A stretch of DNA of 62,751 nt, filler included, from Rhabdomonas costata (taxonomy: Eukaryota), in the NCBI GenBank assembly GCA_019059605.1. It is 47 parts of 47 records of this genome, joined end to end, with 100 filler letters (N's around TTAATTAATTAA, not from the genome) between each part and the next. Parts side by side here need not be neighbours in the genome. Positions count along the whole stretch, not along the records: positions 61,515 to 62,751 come from JAHMHO010022456.1; 46 more parts are not named here. The stretch is one strand, 5' to 3'. Both the position numbers and the translations under genes were made by a program. Positions 62,701 through 62,751 of the stretch are shown in pieces (position 1 is the first letter of the stretch; each line of letters begins with the position of its first letter). A model generated the notes under the pieces. The model was not told where the DNA came from. It did no database searches and worked only from the letters and a program-made list of their open reading frames with translations.

Positions 62701-62751
62701 AGCCGCGAGAACCCTGGTTGTGCCAAAGCCCTGAACTATCTCCTGCTAGGA

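Noticed and set aside
1-62751. Euglenid non-conventional introns, spliced-leader genes, rRNA, or operons across contigs
   Set aside because: All reconstructable introns are GT-AG or GC-AG, no SL or rRNA sequence was recognised, and neighbouring contigs are unlinked.

Overview
This is not one continuous locus. It is 47 unrelated contigs of about 1.24 kb each, joined by 46 artificial 100-nt linkers (N44-TTAATTAATTAA-N44), so adjacency across linkers means nothing and most entries in the ORF track are spurious. Most contigs come from an intron-rich eukaryote, probably a flagellated protist: it has CEP162-, LRRC34- and MORN-like exons and TTAGGG-type repeats, and a euglenid/Discoba affinity is only a weak inference. 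Reading GT/GC-AG junctions by hand recovers exons of CK2 alpha, SF3B3, a PDI, a DEAD-box helicase, a protein kinase, SET, WWE, RRM, ankyrin, WSC-Kelch, subtilase and HKD-phospholipase proteins, plus four receptor-type class III cyclase fragments. The main findings are: (1) an intronless contig (44138-45374) carrying a heavily eroded bacterial-type der/engA GTPase pseudogene directly downstream of a degenerate tRNA-Lys(CTT), suggesting a decaying endosymbiont or a nuclear insertion of bacterial DNA; (2) three copies of a Merlin/ISXO2-type DNA transposon family, including a 364-bp non-autonomous element with TIRs and an 8-bp TSD, and a transposase with Asp at the third catalytic position; (3) repeated GC-AG donors and phase 1-1 domain exons; (4) G/T-biased contig starts and terminal fold-backs, indicating degenerate-primer whole-genome amplification. 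All family calls come from motif recognition; no database search was run.
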